NCBI GenBank assembly: GCA_964016885.1
Contig: OZ024748.1
Location: forward strand, 45,818,001 to 45,882,000
Source of the DNA: Eledone cirrhosa
Taxonomy: Eukaryota
Length of the DNA: 64,000 nt
Direction: 5' to 3'
This document shows, piece after piece, positions 52,981 through 64,000 of the stretch (the first letter of the stretch is position 1; each line of letters opens with the position of its first letter). The notes under the pieces were generated by a model, which saw only the letters and a program-made list of their open reading frames with translations, ran no database searches and was not told where the DNA came from. The translations under genes were made by a program, and so were the position numbers.

Positions 52981-54811
52981 ATGGCGGAAAAGATGGCAGA
53001 CATGTCTGCCATTAGCTCTGCCACGCCCCCCCCAAGTCTGAAGAACAAAAAATAATTACAACAAAATTAGACAATGAAACAAACAAAGAAAATGAAAAAA
53101 CAAATGTTAAGGAAAATGAGCAAACGGAAAACAAACAAACAGAAAATAATACAAATAACAACAGGGCAACTTTCGCCCAGAAAACAAAACAATCCATTAC
53201 ATACACACCAATTGACCTAACTGCCGCCAGAGAAAAACTGGCCGAAGCAAAGAAAGACATTGTTTTGGGGGAGAACGGAATGTTTTCCATTAACTCCCCC
53301 CCAGAATTCAAGAAAGAAAGAACAGAGAACACAGTTCTCTTCAGAACTATACTGAACCAGACAAGAAAGCCAGCACAGCCCAGCCAAATGGAAATAGAGT
53401 TAGTCCTAAAAGACTATATGAAGAATATTCTCTTCATACGAAAGGACCGACTCTATGGCAGCATTTCGGTCCTAACAAGAGACAAGGAAACGGCGGAGAA
53501 GCTTTCCCTAAGCCCACTCTCATCGACAACATACAGCTTCTATCCCTCCTACATGGGTAGAAGAACACAGAGAGTAAAAGTAAAAACAATGCTGCCCACA
53601 ATGGACTTCTGGTGGGCTATTGCTGGCTTCATAGACATGGGCGAAGACACAATGCTGTCAATGGGGAAGGCAACTGGAGATGCGTTCCTGGGAATGGGCC
53701 TCGACATACTAGTCCAAATGAGGCCCGAAAGAATAGCACAAATCCCGGATCGCATCTGGCTGGATGACCTTACCCCAATAGACATAATTGTAGAGGGGAG
53801 AAGACCAGCATGCTATTTATGCATGGAAAGGGGACACGTTAAGGCTAACTGCCCGAAACGTATCCCCCAAAAAGGACTATTGCCCACACCCACCACAAAC
53901 AGTACACCAACACCACCCACCTCCAAAAATACACTAATACCACACACAGCAAACAAAATACAGACACCACCAACCACAAACACAACACAAACATCACCAC
54001 CACCAGCACCAAACACAAGCACGACACAAAAATCACCACCACCGACCACAACACAAACATCACCATCACCAACCACAAGCACGACACAAACATTACCACC
54101 ACCACCACCACAAAACCCATTCCAAACAAATAATAAAAAAAACAGTAACAAATCTACCCCTCCCGCAAAAAAAAACAACCACACAACACGTCCCTCCCAC
54201 CTAGCGCTGAAGAGTTTCCCCCAACTTCTGAAGAAGAAGGAGGAGAAGCCTTCAGACAAGTTAAAAGAAAAAAAAGAAAACACACACCCAGCACACCACA
54301 AATAACCCACACACAAACACCAACTCCAATCAAAAACACCCCACCCTCAACAAACAAAAATAAATCTGCGCCTCCCCTCTCCGAAACATTGACAGCATCA
54401 CAAAAAAAGACGTTGCAATACACATATATAAATAAAGAAAACAAAAAACTGGTTAAATTAATAAACAATAACCCTATGGTGCAGACCGAAGGGCCAAACT
54501 TTATCTCAACAGAGAACTTCACCCATTTAAAAATGATAAAGGTCCCTCTGGACCTTTATCGTTCCTTAAAAGAACAATTTAGACGGGACGTGAGCCCCCC
54601 CTGTTTAAAACCGTTGAATCGCGTCCTCTTGAAAGATTTCCCCATAACCGCCCCTCTCCCTGACACAACTCCAAATACCCCAACCCCACCACACACGTGT
54701 ACCCCCACACCACCACAAAACATCCCTCCACCCAACACACCTGATGCCATGGAAATTACGCAACCCGGAGAGGTAAGTGCTTTTCTTTCTTCACTTTCAA
54801 CACCAAAATAG
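52981..54811 (+). CDS. LINE ORF1 (gag-like, CX2CX4HX4C, P/T-rich tail); two frameshifts, the first in a C-run and the second probably in an A-run
   Basis: ATG at 52981 shifts in the C-run 53026-53033 into the 53265-54305 frame (CYLCMERGHVKANC); continues in the 54389-54811 frame. Confidence 0.75.
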
Positions 54812-54816
54812 ATCAA

Positions 54817-57800
54817 TTGAGAGTTGGCTGTTTGAACGCGCGTGGCCTGGGCTCAGCTTGGAAGCAAGCAAAGCTTCTAAGTGACCTCAGGTCACAAAGT
54901 ATAGATGTGATGGTTGTTTGCGAGAGTCGGATCAGCAGCGTGAGACAGCTGGCGCCCGCCTTCGATGACTTTGAGATGCACGCATCTCTCTGTCAACCCG
55001 GAGGAGGGGGGGGGGGAGTTGCCGTACTGCTGGATAAACGTCTGACTCTCGACGTACAGATTGTTCACTCGGACCCGGGGGGTCGATTACTGGTGCTGGA
55101 CGTCGGAGGCGGTGAAGGCGGGGCTTTCAGACTGGTCGGTCTTTATGCTCCCTTCGGGGCGGAAAGAGCCGACTTCTTCCAGCGTCTGGAGACTTTTCTA
55201 GGAACGTCGCGTTCCCTACTTTTAGTGGGGGACTGGAATGGAATCCTAGATGCGCGTTGGGACTATGCAGGGGCATGTCCCGATAGAGGGGGGTGTAGCA
55301 GCCTCAAGGGGTTACTCGATCGATTCGACCTGGTCGATAGATTTCGACTAGATTGTCCAACTGCGCCAACCTGGACCTGGGCAAACCGCAGTGGACAATC
55401 TAGATCGTACCTAGATAGGTTTTTGGTTAGGAATAAGGATAGGGACGTATTTAGTTGTCCAGAACTGATCATGGTTGGCTATTCAGATCACAAATTAGTG
55501 ACCTGCGTGGTCAACCTTGATAGAACGCATAGACAGGGTCCCGGTTACTGGAAGATGAACTTGTCCTTACCGACAAAGAAAGATTACAGAAACCGGATTA
55601 GTAGCTTAGTTAAGATGCGGTTGACGGGAGCGATCGTCAACAGTAGGTGGTGGATATCTCTAAAGAGAGAGATTAGAGTAAGTTCGATAGGTTACAGTAA
55701 GGAACTAGCGGCGAATAGAAATAGGAAGGAAAGGGAGTTAACAGATAAACTAGAAGAGGCGATTAGGAGCGGAGACGTAGCCAGAGTGTTAGCGACGAGA
55801 ACGGCATTGAGCCAGTTCTTTGACGCGAAGCACGAAGGCTGCGTTGTCCGAAGTAAAATACGTGCTTTAGGAAACGAGGGGACCAAAGCTGTTAGCTGGG
55901 CCCGCGTGACAGAAGCCAAGAGTGGGATTAAATCCACCATTCGGTCTTTGCGAGACCAGGATGGACGGGTGATCCTTGAACCTGAGCGAATGTGCGAGAC
56001 CTTTCAAAGGCACTTTGCTCGACTGTTCGGAGGTGGCGGGGGGCCGGACGGGGATGTGGACTTCGGTCCATACCTCGACGGTCTACCGCGTCTTTCGAGC
56101 GGCGAAGCGGAGTGCTGCGAAAGGCCAATCACAGCCACTGAAATCGGGGAAGCGCTCAGCCAATGCAGCAGAGGGCAAATCCCCGGGTCTCGATGGTCTA
56201 CCATACGAACTTTATTTAGCTATGCCGGTCTTGTTCTCCGAACTCCTCGAGGCTGTCTATTGCAACTGGCAACAGAACGGGAGAATTCCCTGTTCTGTGA
56301 CCAAGGGCGTGGTCACGCTAGTGAGGAAGGACGAGAGCAAGGGGGACGACTTAAGTAACTTTAGGCCCATAACTCTGATGAATGCAGAGTTACAGATTTT
56401 GGCCAAGGTGTTGGCGAAGAGGTTGGCGCTTGTGGTGGGTGGTTTGGTGGGAGACGCGCAGACATGCGCTATCCCGTCCAGGTCCATTCACGACAACCTC
56501 CACCTCATGCGATACATCATAGAGAGGGTTGGCTACGAACCCGGCTTTGGTGGGGCCCTGATCAACTTGGATCAATCTAAGGCGTTCGATAGGGTCGACC
56601 ATGGTTACCTGGATGCGGTGCTAGCGGCGGCGGGCTTCGGACCCGTTTTCAGGGGCTGGATTTCTGCCATGCACAGTGGCAACATCTACTCTAGGATTAA
56701 AGTAAACGGCTACCTCTCGGAGCCGTTTCAAATCACCCGATCCATCAGACAGGGGTGCCTCCTCTCCTCCCTTCTGTACGTATTGACTCTCGAGCCACTG
56801 CTGCGGAAGTTGGAGTTGCTGCGGGGCATACCCCTGGAACCGGGATTGCACAAAGCGGTCTCGGCCTATGCCGACGACGTAACAGTAATGGTGGCGGACA
56901 CCTCGGAAATCGGGGCGATCGCCACCCTACTGGAGGAATACGAAAGGCTGACGGGGGCTAAGCTGAACCAGGACAAGTCAGTCGGTTTGCAACTCGGAAC
57001 GTGGAGGGGCAAACCGATGCCGTTAGACGGTGTCGTCGGGCGGTGGACGGAGGGCCCGGTGAAGCTGCTCGGGGTCTGGTTCGGACCGGACCTCCAGGTG
57101 GAGAAGAATTGGGGCGAGGTGACGAGCAGGGTGTTTGCGCTGACCCAGAAGTGGGCCAAGTGCAAACTATCACTAAAAGGTCGGGCGGAGGTGACGAACG
57201 CTTACATAGCGTCCGTCATCTACTACCGCCTGACCGTCGTGCCTTGCCCCAAGGAAAAGCTCACCATCATGGAACGCATGCTCTTCCAGTTCCTCTGGAA
57301 GAAGCGGCCTCCCATGGTGAGGAGATCCATCTGCTGCCAGCACCCTTCGAAAGGAGGGCTGGGTATGCCGTGGCTGTTGATGCGTAGGCACGCATTGAGG
57401 CTACGGCATCTACAGGTATTCCTCAACGGTCAGCCGGTGTGGGCCCCGTTTGTGAGGCGAGCCTTCCCACAGGTCGTCTCGCTCACCGATCTGCAATCCT
57501 GGGTGAAGCAAACACCGAGAAAACTGGGCAACTGGCACACCGAGTGTGCCCAGGCGCTCACGGCTATCTGGCAAGCGGACCCGACTGTCAGTGGAGAATC
57601 CACCTCGACATTCTATAGAGGGTTGGTGGCTAGCAGGGGCGACGACACCCTTGGAGAGTCGCTAGGCATGGAGGAGGACGAACTGGCCAGCCTGTTCGGT
57701 AGAACTTTCGGCCCGGGACCCATGGACAACTTCCAGAGGTCCCTAGCCTGGCAGTGTTACCGGGGGGCTCTGCCCGTTCGAGAAAAGCTCTACAGACACG

Positions 57801-58249
57801 GGCGCCCGGGCAGGGATCCCGCGAAAAAGATCTGTCCCAGATGCGTGCGCGACGAGGAAACCGTTGCGCATGCACTGGTACACTGCCCGGGCGTTGCCGA
57901 TCTGTGGGGCTACGTCGAACGACTGCTGTCGCGTGTGGCGCCGATTCGATTAACCGCCGAGTCTGTGGTGAACATCAAGCCGCCTCCTCCCTTCAGAAAT
58001 GAAGCAGAGGCGGTCTTTCTGTGCGTAATAGCCATGATGAAAGAGGTTGTGTGGTGGACGCGCCTGAAAGGTCTGAGGTCGGGTGACTTTCTCTCCGGCC
58101 ATCACCTGGTTTACTTCTTCCGATACCACTTCGGAAGAAGAATCAGGATGGAGAGAGAAGTGCTTGGTCCCAGACAGTTTTATGAAAGGTGGGTGAAAGA
58201 AGCGAGAATGGCCCGTGTAAATGGGCCTTCTCTCTACATTGTTCTGTAG
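54817..58249 (+). CDS. LINE ORF2 (AP endonuclease + reverse transcriptase + C-terminal Zn motif), one +1 frameshift near 56175
   Basis: LNARGL, GDWN, SYLDRF, SDH, GYWKMN; KSPGLDG, NFRPITL, DQSKAFD, RQGC, YADD; CPRC..ET..HALVHC. Confidence 0.9.
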
Positions 58250-58480
58250 GTGAAGAAGTGAAGAGGAAAGGGGGAGCGCCTCCTCTCTGGGCTTCCCCCG
58301 CGAAAAGAGTTGCACACTTTTCGGGGGTATGTGCAATCCCCAACACGCCCCCTCCCTTTTGAGGACTTTTTATTGTTATATTATTATTGTTATTCCTTTT
58401 TTCTTTACTCGATTTATGTAAACTCCCCCACTGTGTAAATGTCCCCTTCTTTTGTGCCCTCGTGGCAAATAAATAGAAAT

Positions 58481-58532
<52 letters not shown>

Positions 58533-58882
58533 TATTCGAAATGTTAACAAATGAAAAATATTCGCATAATCAAAATATATACTTTATTATATATATTTCA
58601 AAGGTACTGTGTTGTTTTTTTCAGTACGTCCTCATCAAACAAAATATATGATTTGATATATGACACACCGCTACGGTCTTGATTATTCAATTCCAGTATT
58701 CGTTAAGTAATCAACGAACCATACTAATATTTGGTCATATCTATCTATCTATATATATGGATCCACACGGGCGTCGGCATGACATCCAACGCAGTTAGGA
58801 TCATTTTAATCCTAGCGGAAGTCACCACATCTACAGGGCTGCACACAATCGATTTCTTCCCGACAAGTAGATAGAGGGAGAA

Positions 58883-58920
<38 letters not shown>

Positions 58921-58999
58921 AGAGAGAGATGGAGAGAGAAAGAGAAACAGAAGGAGATAAAGAGGGAGAAAAGTGGTAAAAACCAAATGAGAAAGAGAT

Positions 59000-59270
59000 A
59001 ATTGTTTCTACTATTGGCACAAGGCCAGCAATTACTGGTACTTTATTTTATCGACCCCGTGAGGATGAAAGGCAAAGTTAACCTCGGCGGGATGTGAACG
59101 CAGAATGGCAAGGGCCGTAACTCTATGTGTCAAAGCATGGCGTCCAACACTCTACCGGTACTGCCAAAATGAAGAAGAATCTCCCTGAGTACTGGATTGT
59201 TACATTTTTTATCCACTTAGGAAGGATGAAAGGCAAAGTTGACCCGGAGTTCTTTGAACTCAAAGCACCG
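59000..59270 (-). mobile_element. tRNA-derived SINE copy plus degenerate second copy
   Basis: Same SINE body motif. Confidence 0.75.
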
Positions 59271-59362
59271 AAACCAATATCACAAAACATTCCATCTGAA
59301 GTTCTAAAGACTCTGCTAATTAATCCCCTTTTCTTACACTTACGCCTTGTTATGTGTTAGAC

Positions 59363-60870
59363 CACAGGTTCTCAACCCATTTAGGCCAAATGCCCCCTTT
59401 TGTCCCTCGAAATCACGAAACGCCCCCCCCCCCCCTATTTTTCCATTTTTCAATATACTACTGATTTTTATATCAGTAGATTACTAGAAAAATGATTAAC
59501 AATATTCCAAAGATGTGTGTATTATCTGATTATGTGTTGTATGTGGGTCCTAGATGTGTGTGTTATCTGATTATGTGTTGTATGTGGTCCTAGATGTGTG
59601 TATTATCTGATTATGTGTTGTATGTGGTCCTAGATGTGTGTATTATCTGATTATGTGTTGTATGTGGTCCTAGATGTGTGTATTATCTGATTATGTGTTG
59701 TATGTGGTCCTAGATGTGTGTATTATCTGATTATGTGTTGTATGTGGTCCTAGATGTGTGTATTATCTGATTATGTGTTGTATGTGGTCCTAGATGTGTG
59801 TATTATCTGATTATGTGTTGTATGTGGTCCTAGATGTGTGTATTATCTGATTATGTGTTGTATGTGGTCCTAGATGTGTGTATTATCTGATTATGTGTTG
59901 TATGTGGTCCTAGATGTGTGTATTATCTGATTATGTGTTGTATGTGGTCCTAGATGTGTGTATTATCTGATTATGTGTTGTATGTGGTCCTAGATGTGTG
60001 TATTATCTGATTATGTGTTGTATGTGGTCCTAGATGTGTGTATTATCTGATTATGTGTTGTATGTGGTCCTAGATGTGTGTATTATCTGATTATGTGTTG
60101 TATGTGGTCCTAGATGTGTGTATTATCTGATTATGTGTTGTATGTGGTCCTAGATGTGTGTATTATCTGATTATGTGTTGTATGTGGTCCTAGATGTGTG
60201 TATTATCTGATTATGTGTTGTATGTGGTCCTAGATGTGTGTATTATCTGATTATGTGTTGTATGTGGTCCTAGATGTGTGTATTATCTGATTATGTGTTG
60301 TATGTGGTCCTAGATGTGTGTATTATCTGATTATGTGTTGTATGTGGTCCTAGATGTGTGGGCTACTGGCTTCTGTTTTTTCTTTTCTTTTTTTTTATTT
60401 GTAATATTATTTATACAATAGGGAATAAAATAGATTTACATAGTGTTAACTCGTTACGGTTGAGTCAATAATTTCAGACATGAAATACATTGTTATCGGT
60501 GAAGGAAAGATAAGATTCTAACTGGCTGCGCCCAAAGTGTCTTTGGCCCAGTTGACTGTGGGTTTTTCCATTTTTAGGATCTCAATTACCAGTTAACGTC
60601 TCAACCAGACATGCCTGCACACGTGCTCACAGCTGCGGTCAGACTATAGTTATGCTGTCTGCAAGCTCGTTCAAATGCATTCACACTGGCTGTCTCAAAG
60701 ACATACAAATATGGCTTATAAAACTTACCAAAATAAAGAGCCTTCCAGCGCCCCCTAACCTCCCTCCCCCAGCTCCAAACGCCCCTCTAACGCGACCTTG
60801 CTCCCAAACGCCCCCCTGGAGTTCTGAAACGCTCCCCGGGGGTGCATATGCCCCCCGTTGAGAACCTTTG
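59363..60870. mobile_element. Non-autonomous hAT-like (Charlie-type) element carrying a minisatellite
   Basis: TIRs CACAGGTTCTCAAC / GTTGAGAACCTTTG (13/14); flanks share TAGAC (imperfect TSD); subterminal GCCCCC repeats. Confidence 0.6.
59512..60360. repeat. 40-bp minisatellite, ~21 nearly identical units
   Basis: TAGATGTGTGTATTATCTGATTATGTGTTGTATGTGGTCC repeated without spacers. Confidence 0.95.
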
Positions 60871-61095
60871 TAGACGATGGATTCTTACTGCTAAATCTTT
60901 TACTTTATAATAATTGTTTTTTAGTTTGAGGACCACCATGGACGTATTCCGTTTTATTAAACCTCCCCAGCAATATGTGTCGTGTGTCATCTTTTCAAAA
61001 CTTCCTGAAATGTCAATGAGCGAATCATTCAGTTGACGACAAAAGTATGTGACGTTCGACGGTCCGGAAATGACTTTGTAAATCGAAAATGTCTT

Positions 61096-61173
<78 letters not shown>

Positions 61174-62054
61174 CCCCCCCCCTCTCTCTCATTATGTGTG
61201 TATGTGTGTGTGTGCTTATGCATGTGTGTATGTTTGTATAGGATTTATGTCTGTTTCCAAGGGGGTGTATTCCAGTTGTTCGAAAAAAAAGAAATGGCCT
61301 TCTCGTGAAATTACCATGCAAGTGGCTGAGCATTCCGCAGACACATGTACCGTTAACGAAGTTCTCAGGGAGATTCAATGGGATAGAGTGTGGGACAAAT
61401 CTGGCTCTTTGAATTACAGGTAAAACTCATTTTTGCCAGCTGAGTTTCTTGCTTAATGACACATTGTGCCGCCGGGAAGTGAACCCACAACGTTTCAATT
61501 GGGAACCGAACACAGAAACCTCTAAGTCACATACGGACTATCTATTCCCATGTCCTCTGGACCTCGCCGTATGTTCCACAAAGACTAATAAATAAGTTCT
61601 GCAGGAACACCGGACAAATCGTTATGAGAAAGTTCGCATTTATCATCAAAATACTTAAAGTTTATCGGATGAAATGGTATTTACGATTTGAGTGACACGA
61701 CTCATTGTCATTCTATATCCAGTTGCTATCAACCAAAGCCTACATAGCACTGATGGCATTAACATTTTGTACGGAGTTTCCGCTTGTAATCTTTCGGATT
61801 TATAATCGGAATTCTTTCATTGCTATGTTGCTCTGTGTTTCTATATAATATTTGTGTTGTGGCGATATTAACTTGCGTAATGGTTTTAGTTGTTGAAGGC
61901 AATTAAAATGAAGGATGATTACTTGATATCCCGTATCTTAACCTTTCCTCCTCCCCTGTGTACACTATACATATAATTCTGTGATTTATGATTTATGATT
62001 GCATGATCGTGTGTCTGTTCTGCTTATCTGTTTATCTATTTGTGTGTGTGTCTG

Positions 62055-62283
<229 letters not shown>

Positions 62284-62312
62284 GTATACAGACACACACA
62301 TATAGAGATAGA

Positions 62313-62370
<58 letters not shown>

Positions 62371-62629
62371 CACAAAAATAGAGATAGAACTATATATACA
62401 TACATATATATATATATATGCATGTCATGTATATACACAGCCCACACACGAGACCAAATGATAGTGAAGCGAGCTTCTTAGCCATTTAGCCAGGGCTCCA
62501 TCTAGCAATCTTCACCTAGTAGAACTTTGTTCAATATTAAATCGAGATTTAAATTTCAACAACTTTCGATCTAATAATATGAATACAGGAGCCGCCATTT
62601 ATTACCTTTAGTTATCTCTGATAAAATAA

Positions 62630-63235
62630 TACCACCACCTTCACTACCACCTTCAACACCACTGCCACAACTACCACCACCACTAACACCGCCAACACTA
62701 CCACAACTAACACCACCACCACCATCATCAACACCACCACCATCATCACCCCCTCCCCCTATCACCCCCCCCCCCCCCCCCCATATCACCACCACCACCA
62801 ACACCACCTACCACCAACACCACCTACCACCACGCCTATCACCACCACAGCCACCACCAACACCACCTACCACCAACACCACCTATCAACCACCACACGT
62901 ACCACCACCACCACCACCGCCACCACACGTACCACCACCACCACCACCACCACCACCACACGTACCACCACCACCACCACCACACGTACCACCACCACCA
63001 CCACCACCACCACCACCACACGTACCACCACCACCACCACCACACGTACCACCACCACCACTACCATCATCACCACCACCACCACCACCACCAACCACCA
63101 CCACCCCTATTACCACCAACACCACCTACCGCCACCCCTACTACCACCACCACCAACACCACCTACAGTCACCCCTACTACCACCTACCACCACCACACG
63201 TACCACCACGACGACCACCACCACCACCACCTATT
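62630..63235. repeat. (ACC)n tract with higher-order ACACGT interruptions
   Basis: Directly visible. Confidence 0.85.
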
Positions 63236-63461
63236 CACCTAGCCATAAAAAACAATGTTTCACAGTATAAAAGTATAAAACACTCAAATCATGTCTATTG
63301 CCACCAAACCTCTCCCTTGTTTACCTTTTTAGTTAATTCGCATATCATTTGTCACACTAATTTAATCTCTCTCTGTATATATATATGTATATATGTATAT
63401 ATATATATATATATATAAATATATATATATGTATGTATATATATATATATATGTATGTATG

Positions 63462-63494
<33 letters not shown>

Positions 63495-63633
63495 ATATAT
63501 ATATATATATATACATACATATATATATATACATACATACATATATATATATATGCATATACGTATGTATGTATACATTTATATATATATATGTATGTAT
63601 GTATATTTGTATATACATATATATATGCATATT

Positions 63634-63678
<45 letters not shown>

Positions 63679-64000
63679 GTATGCATACATACGTATATGC
63701 ATATATATATATATATATGTATATATATATGTACACATATATATATATATATATTCATATACATATATATGTGTGTGTATTTAAACATATATATATTGTG
63801 TGTGTGTGTAATGGAAATAAATAACGACAGTCAGCAATTTGTCACGGATAACACCAGGAAACCATAAGTATCCCAGCGGTCTTTTAGATAAGAGACTTAG
63901 CTTTAATTTACTCTCATCAGCTCCACTAATCCAAGCTGTATAAGTAAACATGGAACAGAGTTTTCTTCCATTAAATAATTAACAAGTTGTTATTTAAATA

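Larger units (their letters stand above)
52779..58481 (+). mobile_element. Full-length Tx1/L1-clade LINE inserted in a (CTAT)n microsatellite
   Basis: ORF1 with CCHC knuckle; ORF2 APE-RT-Zn motif; AATAAA at 3' end; (CTAT)n at 52755-52778 and 58482-58532. Confidence 0.9.

Noticed and set aside
59512-60360. CRISPR-like array
   Set aside because: Identical 40-bp units with no unique spacers, no cas genes, eukaryotic context

Overview
Eukaryotic, AT-rich, microsatellite-saturated DNA; the SINE content and repeat landscape suggest an octopus/cephalopod-like genome (inference). No host protein-coding gene is convincingly present, and most ORFs in the track are translations of simple repeats. The window is a nest of mobile elements: five Penelope-like (PLE; RT + GIY-YIG) copies, one forming a ~6 kb palindrome; a decayed RTE-clade LINE nested with a PLE inside a Helitron-like element; a near-intact Tx1/L1-clade LINE inside a (CTAT)n tract; tRNA-derived SINE clusters; and MITEs. 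Unannotated signal: most (TA)n tracts hold short non-coding, fold-back or tandem elements carrying type I hammerhead ribozyme (HHR) motifs, about 20 complete or degenerate motifs plus several half-motifs. Some are 430-550 nt ORF-less retrozyme-like units with covarying HHR stems. A bulged hairpin (RCTC-stem-loop-stem-TW-GAGY) recurs near the 3' end of about nine otherwise dissimilar families. A 651-nt tandem unit has the same architecture but a pseudoknot instead of an HHR. All structures were read by eye; none were computed.
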